This document shows, piece after piece, positions 62,248-64,000 of a stretch of DNA of 64,000 bases. Below the pieces are notes generated by a model that saw nothing but the letters and a program-made list of their open reading frames with translations, was not told the origin of the DNA and did not search any database. How positions within the stretch are numbered: the stretch's first letter is position 1; each line of letters begins with the position of its first letter. The translations under genes were made by a program, and so were the position numbers. This stretch comes from Candidatus Saccharimonadales bacterium (GTDB lineage: Bacteria > Patescibacteriota > Saccharimonadia > Saccharimonadales > JBGSXW01), in the NCBI GenBank assembly GCA_041751215.1, contig JBGSXW010000005.1, positions 3,664 through 67,663 on the forward strand, read 5' to 3'.

Positions 62248-62680
62248 CTTTGGCTCCTTTAAGTTTCCGTTGCTTACAATATACTTCAACACCAGCTGCC
62301 AAGTTATCTATGAGCATTTCGCGGGCTTGCTTTGGCTCAGCCCAAAGGTATTCGCCGTGCTCATCATCGAGCTCAATTGGATCTGGTAGGTCGGCTTTAA
62401 CGTGATAAAACAAAAAGACTAAGCTCACACCGTCATCTGTAATGTCGTTATGAACGCGTTTGGCAAACACCAAATCGCCAACTTCAATATTCTTAATGCC
62501 GGGTAGCTCTTCTGCTAGTTCGCGGTGCAGCGTGTCTTCGATCGACTCATCGCCGTCGATGCGACCACCGGGAATCTTCCAGAAAGAATTATCGCCCGCA
62601 CCTTTGAGGATCAGGATCTTGCCGTCTTGCTCGAAGATAGCTTTGACGCCGACGTTAAAGACTTTCATGCTACTTCCCAT
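62240..62680 (-). CDS. NUDIX hydrolase
   Basis: Nudix box GGRIDGDESIEDTLHRELAEELPG. Confidence 0.8.
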   Translation of the reverse strand: MGSSMKVFNVGVKAIFEQDGKILILKGAGDNSFWKIPGGRIDGDESIEDTLHRELAEELPGIKNIEVGDLVFAKRVHNDITDDGVSLVFLFYHVKADLPDPIELDDEHGEYLWAEPKQAREMLIDNLAAGVEVYCKQRKLKGAKDE

Positions 62681-62722
62681 TCACCAACTCCAGTGCTCGA
62701 TCCAGTGCCTCGCTATCTGGAG

Positions 62723-63112
62723 TCATAACATCATAATTTGCACGATCTTCGATTCCCCGATCCAAGCATATTTGTCGTGTTCTGGACTTAGTTTTACCGC
62801 GCCCTTTTTAACAGTGCACAAAGTAAAGATAGCGATAATCTGTAGCTGCTGACCTTTGATTGTTGGGTGCCACTCGCCCAGATAAACAGGTGTTTTAATA
62901 AAATCAACTTCTAGGCCTGTTTCCTCCTTAGCTTCTCGTTTTAAGCCGTCTTCGTAGGCTTCTCCTTCATCTAAGCGCCCACCAGGAAATTGATACTGGC
63001 CGGCTTTGCTGCGCTCTTCGTCATCTGCCGACTCACGCAGCATCAAGATGCGACCTTTGTCGTCGGTTATGACGGCTTTTGCAGAGACTTTAAGTTGCAT
63101 GCTATTTGACAT
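62723..63112 (-). CDS. NUDIX hydrolase
   Basis: Nudix box GGRLDEGEAYEDGLKREAKEETGL. Confidence 0.8.
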   Translation of the reverse strand: MSNSMQLKVSAKAVITDDKGRILMLRESADDEERSKAGQYQFPGGRLDEGEAYEDGLKREAKEETGLEVDFIKTPVYLGEWHPTIKGQQLQIIAIFTLCTVKKGAVKLSPEHDKYAWIGESKIVQIMML

Positions 63113-63914
63113 CTGACGGATCCCAGCAAGTTCTTAGGTTGCTATCGAGCTTCTTGATTTTAGCTAGATCAGATTTGTCGAGTTCAAAGTCAAAGATATC
63201 GAGGTTCTCGGCTTGGCGCTCAGCATTGTTCGACTTAGGAATCGTGACAAAGCCCTGCTCGATGCACCAGCGCAGCATAACTTGAGCAGCGGTTTTTTTG
63301 TACTTGGCTCCAATCGTTTGCAGCACTTCGTTGTCCAGTCCGTGATTGTGGGCTAGCGGCGAGTACGCCTCCAGCACAATTCCGTTGTCCTGACAGAACT
63401 TGACCAGCTCCGGTTGTTGCAAATACACATGCAGCTCAACTTGGTTGACGGCCGGAATAACCTCAGCATGCTTGAGGAGTTCTTTGAGATGCTTAACGGT
63501 GTAGTTGCTGACCCCGATCGAGTTAGCGCGACCAGAATGATAGATTTCCTCAAGCTGCTTCCAGGCCTCAGCCCGGGTCTCTGTGACCGGAAAGTGAATT
63601 AGCAACATATCTACATAGTCGGTTCTGAGCTTACGCAGCGAGTTCTCAAAACTAGGCATCAGCTTGTCTTTAGCCTGGTTGCCATTCCAGATTTTGGTGG
63701 TAACAAAGATTTGCTCGCGCGGAATCCCGCTCTCGGCAATTGCCGCCCCCACTTGCCCCTGATTTAGGTAAATCTGGGCCGTATCAATGTGGCGATAACC
63801 AATTTTAAGTGCCGATAAAACCGCTGGCTTGGCGGGATGGTTAAGCTTCATCTTCCAGGTGCCAAGACCTAGTTGTGGGATTTCACGATCGTTGTTGAGT
63901 TTTATATTCTTCAT
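63102..63914 (-). CDS. aldo/keto reductase (2,5-diketo-D-gluconate reductase-like)
   Basis: LGTWK, HIDTAQIY, IGVSNY, LEAYSPL. Confidence 0.85.
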   Translation of the reverse strand: MKNIKLNNDREIPQLGLGTWKMKLNHPAKPAVLSALKIGYRHIDTAQIYLNQGQVGAAIAESGIPREQIFVTTKIWNGNQAKDKLMPSFENSLRKLRTDYVDMLLIHFPVTETRAEAWKQLEEIYHSGRANSIGVSNYTVKHLKELLKHAEVIPAVNQVELHVYLQQPELVKFCQDNGIVLEAYSPLAHNHGLDNEVLQTIGAKYKKTAAQVMLRWCIEQGFVTIPKSNNAERQAENLDIFDFELDKSDLAKIKKLDSNLRTCWDPSDVK

Positions 63915-64000
63915 AGCTACATCCTAACAAATTATTGATATGGAGGTCGTTTGCCGATATCGGTTCTAAATATTGCCGGCTGGCCATCGTAGCGAATTTT

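Noticed and set aside
1-64000. CRISPR arrays, rRNA genes, prophage or IS elements encoding a transposase
   Set aside because: I saw no regularly spaced direct repeats, no rRNA-like sequence, and no transposase or phage structural genes. xerC/D at 12988 looks like the chromosomal dimer-resolution recombinase.

Overview
This 64-kb window looks like a small-genome, mid-GC bacterium. By inference from gene content and order only, it resembles a CPR/Saccharibacteria-type genome: a long minus-strand type IV pilus super-operon, compact housekeeping operons and many short hypothetical genes. No search was run to confirm the taxon.

Ordinary content:
- A type IIG (MmeI-like) restriction-modification gene.
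- Housekeeping genes: ndk, uppP, xerC/D, ychF, tlyA, efp, rpsF-ssb-rpsR, ftsK, dapF, rnj, a family-4 UDG, pnp, rpsO, truB, rpsT, holA and mutM.
- Accessory enzymes: two aldo/keto reductases, two NUDIX hydrolases, a deaminase and a HAD hydrolase.
- One tRNA-Arg(CCT).
- The pilus cluster (13.9-29.6 kb): PilX-like protein, three minor pilins, pilD, two pilin paralogs, pilC, pilT, pilB and pilMNO, plus a 914-aa secreted protein.

Three things stand out:
1. Several visibly GC-richer islands carry their own AT-rich promoters. Two are tandem cassettes with conserved 5' and 3' modules that encode a small CxxC protein family. Another holds a class-F-like sortase next to a Pro/Thr-rich surface protein. 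A third holds a tandem pair of membrane-protein paralogs. This composition fits acquisition from a high-GC donor.
2. A ~80-160-nt GC-rich repeat ('element B') occurs at least 7 times. Three copies are translated in the same frame and orientation inside truB, the UDG gene and mutM. Every copy keeps a central hairpin whose stem sequence differs between copies.
3. A second structured repeat ('element A', 150-200 nt) shows compensatory stem changes. Its copies sit in convergent, divergent and co-directional intergenic regions. One related copy is flanked by a 19-nt duplication of the tRNA-Arg 3' end.

A P-loop ATPase gene is split by a frameshift in a C6 tract. All coordinates for repeat and insert boundaries are approximate and hand-derived.
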